64,000 bases of DNA from an uncultured Bacilli bacterium (GTDB lineage: Bacteria; Bacillota_I; Bacilli_A; RFN20; CAG-826): assembly GCA_944376605.1 (NCBI GenBank), contig CALWDE010000004.1:102359-166358 (forward strand), written 5' to 3'. The notes beneath the pieces were generated by a model. The model did no database searches. It saw only the letters and a program-made list of their open reading frames with translations, and was not told where the DNA came from. Of the stretch, positions 50,526 to 61,248 are shown piece after piece. How positions within the stretch are numbered: position 1 is the stretch's first letter; every line of letters starts with the position of its first letter. Position numbers and translations under genes: made by a program.

Positions 50526-53186
50526 TTATTTCTTTCTTGCTGCACGCATCTTGAGGATGTTTGCCTGGGCCGCAGCAAGGCGGGCAAGAGGCACACGGAA
50601 TGGGGAACAAGAGACATAATCAAGTCCAACACCATCATAGAATGCGATAGAAGCAGGATCGCCACCAGTTTCACCGCAAACACCAACAACGAGATCTTTG
50701 CGAGTAGCGCGTCCTCTTTCGAAAGCAATCTTTACTAATTCGCCAACACCGTCGACATCAACTGTCTGGAATGGATCGAATTCATAAATCTTGCGCTCAT
50801 AGTAATAAGGTAAGAATTGACCAGAGTCATCACGAGAGAAGCCCATGGTGAGCTGAGTGAGGTCGTTTGTACCAAAGGAGAAGAATTCTGCTTCTTTGGC
50901 GATATCACCAGCACGGAGACATGCTCTCGGAATTTCAATCATGGTACCAATCTTGTAGCTAAGACGGTGTCCTTCTTTGACGAATTCACCTTCTACTGCA
51001 GCGGTTACCACATCTTTTGCCCACTTGAACTCTTTGAGTTCGCCAGCAAGAGGAATCATGATTTCGGGTTCGATATCATGGCCGAGTTCTTTGCTTGCCT
51101 TTAAGGCAGCTTGGACAATAGCAGTGGCCTGCATACGGTAGATTTCTGGATAAGCAACGCATAAACGGCATCCACGGAATCCCATCATTGGGTTGGCTTG
51201 ATGGAGTTGGTTGATGCGGTCTTTTACCTTTTCAACTGTAACGTTGAGAGCCTTGGCAATGCCTTCAATCTTTTCTTCTTCATGAATTTCAGGAAGGAAT
51301 TCGTGGAGAGGTGGGTCAAGAAGACGGATGCAAACGTGGCTATCAGGATTTGCCATATACATGGCATAGAAGTCACTTACTTGATATGGACGAAGTCTTT
51401 CAAGAGCGGCCTCTCTTTGCTCGGTTGTATCGCTGAGAATCATGCTTCTCATATTGAGAATACGATCATCTGCAAAGAACATACGTTCTGTACGGCAAAG
51501 ACCAATACCTTCAGCACCGAGATTACGGGCATTTTCTGCATCTAATGGAGTGTTGCAGTTGGCACGAATCTTTAAGCGGCGATACTTATCGGCCCATTCC
51601 ATCATGCGTCCGAAATATCCGCCTAAATCAGCAGGAACCATGCCGATGGAACCTTCATAAACTTGACCAGTTGTACCATCAACAGAGACAACGTCTTTTG
51701 CTGTGTACACCTTATCACCGATTGTTAAAGTTCCTTTTTCTTCGTTAATAATGGCATCGGTGCAGCCGACAGTGCAGCACTTACCCATGGAACGAGCAAC
51801 AACAGCGGCGTGAGAAGTCATACCACCACGAGAAGTGATGATTGCTTCTGCGTTGACCATACCAATGATATCTTCTGGAGAAGTTTCAGAACGGGCAAGA
51901 ACAACCTTGTGTCCAGCCTCATGCTCTGCTTTTGCTTCTTCAGCAGTGAAAACAAGATGACCAGTACCAGCACCTGGAGATGCAGGAAGTCCCTTGAAAA
52001 TAGCAGTTTTCTTCTTTAACTCGTTGGGGTCAAAGGTTGGGTGGAGAAGGTCGTTGAGCATCTTTGGCTCAACACGAAGAGTTGCTTCTTCCTCATCAAT
52101 TAAACCTTCATCAACAAGGTCACATGCAACCTTTAAAGCTGCGCGAGCGGTACGCTTTCCGTTACGAGTTTGTAAGAAATAGAGTTTTCCCTTTTCGATG
52201 GTGTACTCCATATCTTGCATATCCTTGAAGTAATGCTCCATATTTTTGATGGACTTAACAAATTCCTTGTAAACTTCAGGCATACGCTTTGCAAGCTCAT
52301 CAATGTGGAGAGGAGTACGAACACCAGCAACAACGTCTTCCCCTTGTGCGTTGGGTAAGAATTCGGCATAGATTTCGTTTTCACCGGTAGATGGATTTCT
52401 CGAGAAAGCAACACCAGTGCCGCAATCTTCGCCCATGTTGCCAAATACCATGGTTTGGACGTTAACAGCGGTGCCCCAGCTATAAGGAATGCCGTTCATT
52501 TGACGATAAACGTTGGCACGTTCATTGTCCCAGCTGCGGAAGACAGCAGCGACAGCTTCCTTTAATTGGGTGTAAGGATCAACAGGGAAGTCTTCACCAA
52601 AGACTTTCTTGTAGTAGGCTTTGTACTCTTTTACTAAGCCCTTTAATTGTTCCGCGGTCACCTCGGTATCGAGTTTATAACCGTGCTTTTCTTTAATTTC
52701 ATCTAACATGTGGTCCATGTCAGTTCTTGGATGGCCCTTAGCGATGTTAGTGAACATTAAAATGAAACGACGATAAGAGTCATAAGCAAATCTTTCATTG
52801 CCAGTTGCTTTTACCATTGCTTCACAAGTCTCGTCATTTAAACCAAGATTAAGGATGGTGTCCATCATACCAGGCATCGAAACACGTGCACCGGAACGAA
52901 CAGAGACGAGAAGTGGCATACCTTTGCCACCAAATTCTTTTCCAGAGACCTTTTCAATCTCGTGGATGTGAGCGACGACATCGCTCCAAACCTCATCGGG
53001 GATTTTCTTTCCCGATTGATAATAGAGGTTACAGGCTTCAGTAGAGATGGTAAAACCAGCAGGAATATTCATCCCTGCAGCAGTCATCTCGGCAAGCCCT
53101 GCTCCTTTTCCTCCAAGGATATCTTTTCCAAGCCCAAGTTCGTGAGCTTCCTTGAAGGAGAAGACATACTTCTTATTGTCTGCCAT
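50526..53186 (-). CDS. ppdK: Pyruvate, phosphate dikinase
   Basis: ~890 aa. PEP-utilising enzyme motifs (GGMTSHAAVVARSMGKCCTVGC phospho-His domain), ATP-grasp N-terminus, C-terminal TIM barrel. Start set at MADNKKYVF with GGAGG RBS; the ORF-track extension was rejected. Confidence 0.9.
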   Translation of the reverse strand: MADNKKYVFSFKEAHELGLGKDILGGKGAGLAEMTAAGMNIPAGFTISTEACNLYYQSGKKIPDEVWSDVVAHIHEIEKVSGKEFGGKGMPLLVSVRSGARVSMPGMMDTILNLGLNDETCEAMVKATGNERFAYDSYRRFILMFTNIAKGHPRTDMDHMLDEIKEKHGYKLDTEVTAEQLKGLVKEYKAYYKKVFGEDFPVDPYTQLKEAVAAVFRSWDNERANVYRQMNGIPYSWGTAVNVQTMVFGNMGEDCGTGVAFSRNPSTGENEIYAEFLPNAQGEDVVAGVRTPLHIDELAKRMPEVYKEFVKSIKNMEHYFKDMQDMEYTIEKGKLYFLQTRNGKRTARAALKVACDLVDEGLIDEEEATLRVEPKMLNDLLHPTFDPNELKKKTAIFKGLPASPGAGTGHLVFTAEEAKAEHEAGHKVVLARSETSPEDIIGMVNAEAIITSRGGMTSHAAVVARSMGKCCTVGCTDAIINEEKGTLTIGDKVYTAKDVVSVDGTTGQVYEGSIGMVPADLGGYFGRMMEWADKYRRLKIRANCNTPLDAENARNLGAEGIGLCRTERMFFADDRILNMRSMILSDTTEQREAALERLRPYQVSDFYAMYMANPDSHVCIRLLDPPLHEFLPEIHEEEKIEGIAKALNVTVEKVKDRINQLHQANPMMGFRGCRLCVAYPEIYRMQATAIVQAALKASKELGHDIEPEIMIPLAGELKEFKWAKDVVTAAVEGEFVKEGHRLSYKIGTMIEIPRACLRAGDIAKEAEFFSFGTNDLTQLTMGFSRDDSGQFLPYYYERKIYEFDPFQTVDVDGVGELVKIAFERGRATRKDLVVGVCGETGGDPASIAFYDGVGLDYVSCSPFRVPLARLAAAQANILKMRAARKK

Positions 53187-53337
53187 TGATTCCTCCTGAG
53201 ACAAAATAATTATGGACCGAAGGCCCAGCGCATTAAATATACCATGCGCGGGCGCGCCTTGGGGAAAGAACACACCTTTTTCTCGTTGCTAATTTTGAAT
53301 ATTTGTTTCTAAATTATGAAACATAGGAGCAAATACT

Positions 53338-54927
53338 ATGGATGAAGCCCTGTTTCTAACCATTGACTTTGGTACGCAAAGCGTTCGTGTAGGACTTTTT
53401 GATAAGCGTGGACATCAGGTAGCAATGGAAAAGGAAGAATATACTCCTCCTTACTTTAGCCGCCATCCTAACTATGCGGAGCAAAACGCAGATACTTATG
53501 TGGAATATCTTGCAAAAGCGTCTCGGCGATTAATTAAAAATAATCCTGATTATATCGGAAGAATTGTTGGTGCTACGCTATCTTGTTTTCGTGATACGGC
53601 AGTTTTATTAGATAAGGATAAAAAGCCCTTAAGACCTTGTATTTTATGGCTTGACCAAAGAATGGCCGAGAACGCAAAGCCTTTACCTTTCTTTTCTCGT
53701 CTTGCTTTCCGTATCGTCGGAATGACGGACACAGTAAACTTTAATAGGGCTCGCTGTGTAGCAAACTGGATTCGTGAAAACGAACCAGAAACTTGGAAAA
53801 AAGTAGATAAATATGTTGGTATCTCAACCTATTTTGTTTATCGCTTAACAGGGAATTTAATTGACTGTGCTTCCGCTTTAGCGGGACATTATCCCATTAA
53901 CATGAAAAAACAAGCGTGGTATCCAAACCCCATGCATCATTTAAAAGGACAAATTTTTGGAATTGAAGAAAGAATGCTTCCAGATTTAGTCCCCTCTGGC
54001 ACCTTGTTTGGCACCATAACGCATGAAGCGCATGAGTTAACGGGTTTACCAGAAGGGTTAAAACTATATTCTGCAGGAAGCGACAAATCATGTGAGACTC
54101 TTGGTCTAGGAGTAATCGATACCACAAACGCAGCAATTTCTTATGGCACTGCTTCTACCGTTGAAACTACTAGAGATTGCTATGCCGTTTCAGAACCTTT
54201 TTTACCTGGTTATCCTTCTTGCGTTCCTGGTTATTACAACATGGATATTCAAGTGTATCGCGGGTACTGGATGATTAACTGGTTTTTAAAAGAATTTGGT
54301 GGAAGAAGTGATATTCCCAATTTAGAAGGCCCTTCTGCTGCGGATTTTGATAAAAAGCTTCCATTAGTCCCGCCCGGATGCGATGGACTTGTCTTACAGC
54401 CTTATTGGGGTCCGCCTCTTTCTCGCCCCTTAGCAAAAGGAGCGATTATCGGTTTTTCCGATTCTATTACACAGGAACATTTTTATCGCGCGATCGTGGA
54501 AGGAATCGGTTACGCATTACGCGAGGGTCTAGAAAAATTTGAGCGAAAACTTCATCACAGAATTCCAGCATTAAGAGTGTCTGGTGGCGGCTCACGTTCT
54601 GATGAAATCTGTCAGATAACAGCGGATATTTTTGGAAAGCCTGTGACGAGAGTTCAAACGTATGAATCTTCTTCTCTTGGCGCTGCAATTGCGGGCTTTT
54701 TAGCTGCAGGAGAGTTTAACAATTTAAAAGAAGCTGTTTCTGCAATGGTGGAAACGCAAGAAACTTTCTATCCAGATGCTGAAACGCATGAAAAATATAA
54801 TGTTTTATATGAGAACGTATATTTGAAGATTTATCCTCATTTAAAGGGAATCTATCGCGAGATTAAGAATTTTAATTTCAATGAAGAAAAACGCCTTTCT
54901 GCAAAAGAGAAAGATAAAAACAAATAA
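53338..54927 (+). CDS. FGGY-family carbohydrate kinase
   Basis: N-terminal LTIDFGTQSVRVGLFD and C-terminal GGGSRSDEICQITADIFGKPV, typical of FGGY sugar kinases. Confidence 0.75.
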   Translation: MDEALFLTIDFGTQSVRVGLFDKRGHQVAMEKEEYTPPYFSRHPNYAEQNADTYVEYLAKASRRLIKNNPDYIGRIVGATLSCFRDTAVLLDKDKKPLRPCILWLDQRMAENAKPLPFFSRLAFRIVGMTDTVNFNRARCVANWIRENEPETWKKVDKYVGISTYFVYRLTGNLIDCASALAGHYPINMKKQAWYPNPMHHLKGQIFGIEERMLPDLVPSGTLFGTITHEAHELTGLPEGLKLYSAGSDKSCETLGLGVIDTTNAAISYGTASTVETTRDCYAVSEPFLPGYPSCVPGYYNMDIQVYRGYWMINWFLKEFGGRSDIPNLEGPSAADFDKKLPLVPPGCDGLVLQPYWGPPLSRPLAKGAIIGFSDSITQEHFYRAIVEGIGYALREGLEKFERKLHHRIPALRVSGGGSRSDEICQITADIFGKPVTRVQTYESSSLGAAIAGFLAAGEFNNLKEAVSAMVETQETFYPDAETHEKYNVLYENVYLKIYPHLKGIYREIKNFNFNEEKRLSAKEKDKNK

Positions 54928-55077
54928 AATATATTAGTTCTGCGCAGTTTTTCTTATCAAAACAGAAAAATTATTTTTAATTCATCTCTATTATCTTTCT
55001 AAGTGCTCTTTGTTTTTCTTATTAAAAATAAGAAGCAGAAGGAGTTTATTTTTCTAACGTGATACAATCCCCATGCC

Positions 55078-55638
55078 ATGAAAACATTAATTATTTATAA
55101 AAGTTACCAAGGCAATACGGAGAAGTATGCCAAAGCAATTGCAGAAAATGTTCACGCTGATGTAATGAAACTTAGCAGAAAAGCATTACGTGCTACCAAA
55201 AAGTATGACACGATTATTTTTGGTGGCTGGGTTAGAGGAGGAGTCATTCAAGGCTTAGACAATTTTCTTGCTATCTATGATTCTCTAGAAGGAAAAAATA
55301 TTATCGTCTATTCGGTAGGGATGTCCTTTCCTACTAAGTCTGGTCGTGCAGATTTAATTAGCCGCAATCTTCTTGATTTGTACCATGTTCGTTTTTATCA
55401 ATTCCGTGGTTCTTTTGACTACCATAAATTGAAGTTTCCGCAAAACATTATGATGAGAAAATCCATTGAGTTAATGTTAAAAGATCCCTCTTTAGCACCA
55501 GAAAGTGATCCTCAAGCCTTATCTTCTCTATTAGATCGCCCCTTGGAATATTACGACCAAGAAAAGGTTGATCGTGTGGTTAGTGTACTTCACGTTTTAG
55601 AAAGAGAAGAAAGCCAAAAAGAGACAAATAAACAATAA
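55078..55638 (+). CDS. Flavodoxin-like fold protein
   Basis: MKTLIIYKSYQGNTEKYAKAIAE ... TIIFGGWV pattern of flavodoxin-domain proteins. TGaTACAAT extended -10 upstream. Confidence 0.45.
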   Translation: MKTLIIYKSYQGNTEKYAKAIAENVHADVMKLSRKALRATKKYDTIIFGGWVRGGVIQGLDNFLAIYDSLEGKNIIVYSVGMSFPTKSGRADLISRNLLDLYHVRFYQFRGSFDYHKLKFPQNIMMRKSIELMLKDPSLAPESDPQALSSLLDRPLEYYDQEKVDRVVSVLHVLEREESQKETNKQ

Positions 55639-55644
55639 GAAGTT

Positions 55645-56211
55645 ATGAAATTATTTGTTGGATTAGGTAATCCTGGGAAAGAATACGAAGGCACAAGACA
55701 TAATTTGGGTTTCGATGTTATCGATGCTTTTGCTTTAAAGATTGGTGCGGATATCAATCGAACTGGTTTTAAGGGAGAATACGGCATTGTTAAAAACCCC
55801 GCTTTTTCTGATACTGTGATTTTGTTAAAGCCCACCACATTCATGAACTTATCTGGTGAGTCAGTACGTGAGATTGCTTCCTATTTTAAAATTCCGCAAA
55901 GCGATATTTTTGTAGCCTATGATGAAATGGCGCTTCCTGAAGGTAGTTTACGTATTCGTCCGGGCGGATCTTCTGGAGGGCATAAAGGGATTGGGTCAAT
56001 TATTCAATGTCTTGGAACCGACCACATTGCCCGCATTCGTATTGGTATTGGGGAACCTCCTTTTCATAATCCCATTGATTACGTACTTGGAAAACCAAGT
56101 AAAGAAGGAAGAGAAAAAATTAATCACGCGATTGATACTGCCGTGGAAGCTTTCTTGCTTATTGCTTCCAAAGGGCTAGAAACAGCCATGTCACAGTGCA
56201 ATGGAAAATAA
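55645..56211 (+). CDS. pth: Peptidyl-tRNA hydrolase
   Basis: MKLFVGLGNPGKEYEGTRHNLGF. Confidence 0.9.
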   Translation: MKLFVGLGNPGKEYEGTRHNLGFDVIDAFALKIGADINRTGFKGEYGIVKNPAFSDTVILLKPTTFMNLSGESVREIASYFKIPQSDIFVAYDEMALPEGSLRIRPGGSSGGHKGIGSIIQCLGTDHIARIRIGIGEPPFHNPIDYVLGKPSKEGREKINHAIDTAVEAFLLIASKGLETAMSQCNGK

Positions 56212-59200
56212 AATGAGAAAGGATCTTTTTAACCTACTTGATGAACAAAAGATTCCTGATCTTCTTTTGTCTAAAAGAAGACTTGTTTTAAATTCGCCCA
56301 TTGGAACTGCTTTGCTTTTTGCCTCATTATTTAAAAAAAGAGAGGGGAATTACGCGATTCTCGCACCTAATCAATATAGTGCGCAGAAGATTTATGAAGC
56401 ATTATTATCTTTCTTAAGTGAAGACAAAGTTGCCTTTTTTCCTTCAGACGAACTTTTAAGAGCAGAAGCAGTTTCTTCTTCAAAAGAGTTGATGGCTCAG
56501 CGTCTATACGCAATGGATTTACTTCTTCAAGAAGGAGGAAAAATCTTAGTTACCCATCCTTCGGCAGCCTTACGCTTTTTAATGGATCCTGCCTATTTCA
56601 AAAAGCAAACTATTACCATAAAAAAGGGACAAAACTACGATTTAGTACATCTTTGTGAACAGTTAATTGCTCTTGGTTATAAGAAAGTAAATAAGATTGA
56701 TCAAACTCTTCAATTTGCGCTTAGGGGAGATGTTTTGGATATCTTTTCCGTCAATGAGAGGAAACCAATTCGTCTTGAATTTTTTGATGAGGAATGTGAA
56801 TCGATTCGCGAGTTTGATATCGAAACCCAAACTTCTTTAAATTCTAGAGATGTATTTCGTATTCTTCCTGCTGCTGAAGTGCTTTTTGATGACGAGACAC
56901 TCAATGATTTTGCTCTCAAAGCAAAAAAGGAAGTAGATAAACAAGCCGCGAAACTTTCTATAGCAGATGCCGAAGAGTTAGAAAATCATTTTTCTAACGA
57001 TTTATCGAACATTATTGAAAGAAACTTTAATCCTTCTAGTTACCGGTATTTTGGCTATGGCAGTAAGTCTGCTTACTCCATCTTTCATTACCAGAACCCT
57101 TCTCTTTTATTCATTCTTGATGAAGAAGGAACAAAAGAGGCAATCGATCATCTTTTACTTGAGGCAAGTGAATATTATGGAGAACTTGCGGCAAGTCACC
57201 GCATTCCATATGGTTTAAGACATTACATGAATTTTCTTGAAGCGGTGCCAAATACTTCTGCCTTACGCTTTTCCACACGCTTCTATCAAAGAGATAGCGA
57301 TTATGTTATTCAAATGAGGGAGGCAATATCTACTGGGACAGGTATTGCTGCTATGGACCCTACCATTGAAACGTACTTGCAAGCAGGAGATAAGGTTGTT
57401 ATTTGTGGCGGAGAAGGGGAACGCCATGAACTCATCGCTAACTATTTTGAAGAAAACCATATTGCTTACGAAGAAACAGAAGGCTTTGAATTACCAGATG
57501 CGCCGGCAGCAATCTCTCATCTCTTTTTATCTACTGGATTTGAAGTTCCAGAAGCAAAGGTAGTCTTTCTTGCCCCTAATGAATTATTTGGCAGAAGAAG
57601 CGTTTCAACGCGCTTTACCGCTCGCTTTAAAAATGCAACGATCTTACGTTCTGCAGAAGAGCTAAGACCCGGCGATTATGTGGTGCATGAGTATCGCGGG
57701 ATTGGACAATTTCTTTCCATGGAAAACAAAGAAATGGACGGAGTGCATCGCGACTATATCAAAATTGCTTACGCGGGCGGGGAAACTTTATATGTACCTT
57801 TAGAGCAGTTCCGTCTCTTGCGGAAATATTCAGGAAGAGAAGGAGTTGCCCCAAAACTTTCTCATCTTGCAGGAAATGATTGGAAAAAGAAAAAAGAGCA
57901 TATTGAAGCCAAGGTAGGAGAACTTGCTGACCGTCTTTATAACTTATATAAAGAAAGAGCGTCAGAACCTGGCTTTGCCTTTCCAAAAGATGATGAACTT
58001 CAAAAGGCGTTTGAAGATGAATTCCCTTATGAACTGACTCCAGATCAGGCAAAAGCATTAGAAGAAATTAAAGCTGATATGGAATCACCAAAAATCATGG
58101 ACCGCCTTTTGTGTGGTGATGTGGGTTTTGGGAAAACAGAAGTTGCCTTCCGCGCTGCTTATAAGGCATTACTTGCAGGAAAGCAGGTAGCTTTACTCTG
58201 CCCTACTACTTTGCTTGCCAGACAACATTTTGAACTCGCAGAAACTCGTTTTCTTTCAAAAGGAGTAAGAATTGCGCAGTTTTCTCGTTTGGTTCCCAAA
58301 AAAGAAATGAAAGAACAAAGCGAGGATTTAAAAAACGGAAAAATTGATTTAGCAATTGGAACACATTCTCTTTTATCTTCCTCTATTTCTTTTAAAGATT
58401 TAGGTCTTCTTATTATTGATGAAGAGCAGCGTTTTGGTGTGGAACAAAAAGAGAAAATCAAAGAGATGAAAAGGCGTGTAGATGTTTTAACCTTATCCGC
58501 TACACCCATCCCGCGCACTCTTCAAATGTCTCTTCTTGGAGTAAGGGCCTTATCTGAAATTACGACGGCTCCAGAAGGCAGAATGCCTATTCAAACTTAC
58601 GTTATTCCTTATAACGAGAATGTTGTTGGAGAGCTTCTTGCTAGGGAATTAGCAAGAGGAGGTCAGGCTTTTTATGTTCACAATCAAGTCGTTTCGATTT
58701 ACCAAAAAGCAGCCGCCTTACAAAAATTACTTCCTACAGCACAAATTGGGGTAATCCATGGCCAAATGCCTAAGGAAGAAACCGAAGATATCATGGGGCA
58801 ATTTTATGAAGGAAAAATTCAAATTTTGGTTGCAACTTCCATCATTGAAAACGGAATTGATATTCCCAAAGCGAACTTAATTATTGTTGAATCTGCTGAT
58901 CATTTTGGCTTGTCTCAGCTTTATCAAATTAAAGGTAGAGTTGGAAGAGGAGACACAATTGCCTACGCTTATTTAACTTATCGCCCTGGTAAAAAGATGA
59001 CGGAAGAAGGAGAAAAGCGTCTTAAAGCTATCCAAGAATTTACGGATTTAGGATCCGGTTACAAAATTGCGCAAAGAGATTTGATGATACGTGGTGCTGG
59101 GGATATTTTAGGTCCAGAACAGGCCGGCTTTATCGACGCAATTGGTCTAGATTTATATTTATCAATGCTTTCAGAGGCAGTCGAAGAGAGAAAGACTGGG

Positions 59201-59680
59201 AAAAAGAAAGAAGAGAGAAAACCAAACAAACTACTTGGTATCGATGCTTATATTCCTGACGATTACGCCATTAATAGCGACAAATTGCAGATGTACCGTG
59301 AAATTGAAAACATCAAAAATAATGAGGAATTGCAGGAATATATGAAGAAAACAAGGGATATATATGGCCGCTTCCCCTTACCTTTAGAGCGTTTATTTGA
59401 AAAGAAAAGACTCGATATTTTATTAGCAGGAGAAGAATTTGGTTCTTTAGAAGAGCAATCGGATTCTGTGGATTTATATTTATCCAACTCTTTCTCTAAA
59501 ATTTCCGGAATTGGTGTTGCTTTGTTTGATGCTTTAACACCTTTATTGCCTTTTATTCGTGTTAGCTTTGCAGACCGTAAATTGCGCGTTAGTTTGAGGA
59601 AAGAAGATGACTGGTTTGCGAACCTAATTCGTCTTGTCCACCTTATCCATAAGGTGTATCGAAATAAAATCGATGCGTAA
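56201..59680 (+). CDS. mfd: Transcription-repair coupling factor
   Basis: 1159 aa. UvrB-homology N-terminus, RNAP-interacting domain, SF2 helicase motifs (GDVGFGKTEVA, DEEQRFG), TRG motif. Confidence 0.95.
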   Translation: MENKMRKDLFNLLDEQKIPDLLLSKRRLVLNSPIGTALLFASLFKKREGNYAILAPNQYSAQKIYEALLSFLSEDKVAFFPSDELLRAEAVSSSKELMAQRLYAMDLLLQEGGKILVTHPSAALRFLMDPAYFKKQTITIKKGQNYDLVHLCEQLIALGYKKVNKIDQTLQFALRGDVLDIFSVNERKPIRLEFFDEECESIREFDIETQTSLNSRDVFRILPAAEVLFDDETLNDFALKAKKEVDKQAAKLSIADAEELENHFSNDLSNIIERNFNPSSYRYFGYGSKSAYSIFHYQNPSLLFILDEEGTKEAIDHLLLEASEYYGELAASHRIPYGLRHYMNFLEAVPNTSALRFSTRFYQRDSDYVIQMREAISTGTGIAAMDPTIETYLQAGDKVVICGGEGERHELIANYFEENHIAYEETEGFELPDAPAAISHLFLSTGFEVPEAKVVFLAPNELFGRRSVSTRFTARFKNATILRSAEELRPGDYVVHEYRGIGQFLSMENKEMDGVHRDYIKIAYAGGETLYVPLEQFRLLRKYSGREGVAPKLSHLAGNDWKKKKEHIEAKVGELADRLYNLYKERASEPGFAFPKDDELQKAFEDEFPYELTPDQAKALEEIKADMESPKIMDRLLCGDVGFGKTEVAFRAAYKALLAGKQVALLCPTTLLARQHFELAETRFLSKGVRIAQFSRLVPKKEMKEQSEDLKNGKIDLAIGTHSLLSSSISFKDLGLLIIDEEQRFGVEQKEKIKEMKRRVDVLTLSATPIPRTLQMSLLGVRALSEITTAPEGRMPIQTYVIPYNENVVGELLARELARGGQAFYVHNQVVSIYQKAAALQKLLPTAQIGVIHGQMPKEETEDIMGQFYEGKIQILVATSIIENGIDIPKANLIIVESADHFGLSQLYQIKGRVGRGDTIAYAYLTYRPGKKMTEEGEKRLKAIQEFTDLGSGYKIAQRDLMIRGAGDILGPEQAGFIDAIGLDLYLSMLSEAVEERKTGKKKEERKPNKLLGIDAYIPDDYAINSDKLQMYREIENIKNNEELQEYMKKTRDIYGRFPLPLERLFEKKRLDILLAGEEFGSLEEQSDSVDLYLSNSFSKISGIGVALFDALTPLLPFIRVSFADRKLRVSLRKEDDWFANLIRLVHLIHKVYRNKIDA

Positions 59681-59719
59681 TTAGCCTTTTGCGCGCTCTT
59701 TTGCATGGTAAGATAAGCC

Positions 59720-59992
59720 ATGCGAATTGACAAATTTCTAAAAGTTTCACGATTAATCAAAAGAAGAGAAATTGCAAAACAGCTTTGCGAAGATGAGGAT
59801 GTCTTTCTAAATGGTAAAATTGCGAAGGCAATGAGCGAAGTTCATGAAGGCGACTTGCTTACCTTGAAACTTGGGAAGAAAACGATTCTTGCAAAGATAT
59901 GTGAAGTTCGTCCTTACGCAAAAAAAGAAGAAGCAACTGAAATGGTTGAAATCTTGGAAGTGAAAGAAGAACAAAGGGAGGCGGATTTATGA
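59720..59992 (+). CDS. rqcP: S4-domain protein YabO/RqcP (Hsp15-like)
   Basis: MRIDKFLKVSRLIKRREIAKQLCEDEDVFLNGKIAKAMSEVHEGDLL S4 fold. Conserved position after mfd. Confidence 0.7.
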   Translation: MRIDKFLKVSRLIKRREIAKQLCEDEDVFLNGKIAKAMSEVHEGDLLTLKLGKKTILAKICEVRPYAKKEEATEMVEILEVKEEQREADL

Positions 59993-61248
59993 GTCTACTC
60001 AATTATGAATTTGGTCCAAAAAATGTTTATCTTGCGGCTTGTACTTTTGGCCCGGACTCCATGGCTTTACTTGATATGATGCAGCAAGATGGAGTTTCTC
60101 CTGTTGTGTGCTTTGTTGATTACCATTTAGGGAACAATTTAGCGACAGCAAGAAAAGAGGTAGAAAAGTACTGCAAAGAAAAACATTTAATTTTGGAGAT
60201 TAAAGATGCTTATCCTCCCGAGGGGAAAAGCGAAAAGGAAGTAGCAGATTGGGCAAGACAGCTTCGTTATAAATTCTTTTTAGAATGTTTCTTAAAACAT
60301 CACGCCGCAGCTCTATTTATTGCTCACCACATTGATGATGTTATTGAAAATTACCTCCTTTTAAAGCAGCACGGTGTTAAAGGGCAACATTATGGTTGGA
60401 GCCGAGTATCCACTTACGAAGAAATGATTATTGTTCGCCCCCTTCTTCAATACTCTAGAGAAGATTTAAAAAACTACTGTGATGAACACAATATTCCCTA
60501 TAACGATTCTTATTCTAATTATGAAGAAGCTAGCCAACGTTCTTTAATTCGCCGTGATGTTGTAAGCAAATTAAATGAGGTCGAACGCGATCAAATCTTA
60601 GAAGAAATGAAGAAAAAAGAAGCGGAGATTTCTTCCTTAAATGCAACAGTCAAAAAAGATTTAAGCCAAACAGGGGAACTTGGTATCCGTTCTCTTATTG
60701 CTTTGCCAGAAGGCGATTTTGCTGAAACAATTATTGAATTTGTAAACGCAAGATGCCCAACACATGTCACAGTGACGCCACGCCTTTTAAAAGACATTCG
60801 CGCTTTATGTTTAGCGCCAGAAGTGAACAAAACATTAAAGTTAGAAGGCAACAACTATATTGTGAAAGAATATGATGTTCTCTCTATTGATACAGATGGA
60901 CTTCATCTTCCTTATTCTTACGTTTTAGAAAAACCTTGTAAATTCTCTTGTCCAGCTTTTGATTTAGATTTCACTATGGGCGCAGAAGATAGAAGGATTT
61001 TGCCAGAAGATTATCCCATTACAGTTCGTAGCGCTTTGCCTGCGGATGTGACTACATATGGGGGATATTTAGTTCCTGTAAGAAGAATGCTTTCCGCAGC
61101 AGGTTGCCCTGCTGAAATGATGCGTATTTGGCCTGTTTTCATTGGAAAGAATAAAAAGATACTTTATGTTCCTCGATATGATAGAAATTTTGTGGAATAC
61201 CATAAGTCAAAATTAACAATCCATATCCCTGAAGAGGAAAACAAGTAA
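59989..61248 (+). CDS. tilS: tRNA(Ile)-lysidine synthetase TilS (variant PP-loop, no fused HprT)
   Basis: N-terminal PP-loop region YLAACTFGPDSMALL (canonical SGGxDS), substrate-binding and TilS C-terminal domain. Conserved position upstream of ftsH. Confidence 0.75.
   Translation: MSLLNYEFGPKNVYLAACTFGPDSMALLDMMQQDGVSPVVCFVDYHLGNNLATARKEVEKYCKEKHLILEIKDAYPPEGKSEKEVADWARQLRYKFFLECFLKHHAAALFIAHHIDDVIENYLLLKQHGVKGQHYGWSRVSTYEEMIIVRPLLQYSREDLKNYCDEHNIPYNDSYSNYEEASQRSLIRRDVVSKLNEVERDQILEEMKKKEAEISSLNATVKKDLSQTGELGIRSLIALPEGDFAETIIEFVNARCPTHVTVTPRLLKDIRALCLAPEVNKTLKLEGNNYIVKEYDVLSIDTDGLHLPYSYVLEKPCKFSCPAFDLDFTMGAEDRRILPEDYPITVRSALPADVTTYGGYLVPVRRMLSAAGCPAEMMRIWPVFIGKNKKILYVPRYDRNFVEYHKSKLTIHIPEEENK

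Noticed and set aside
50735-52444. Multiple 60-115-aa ORFs on both strands inside ppdK
   Set aside because: They are fully embedded in a well-supported 890-aa gene and have no independent signals.
53187-53337. GC-rich GGCGCGCC/GCGCGGGCGCGC element in ppdK-FGGY divergent region as possible riboswitch
   Set aside because: Too short and not matching any riboswitch consensus I can recall; most likely just divergent promoter sequence.
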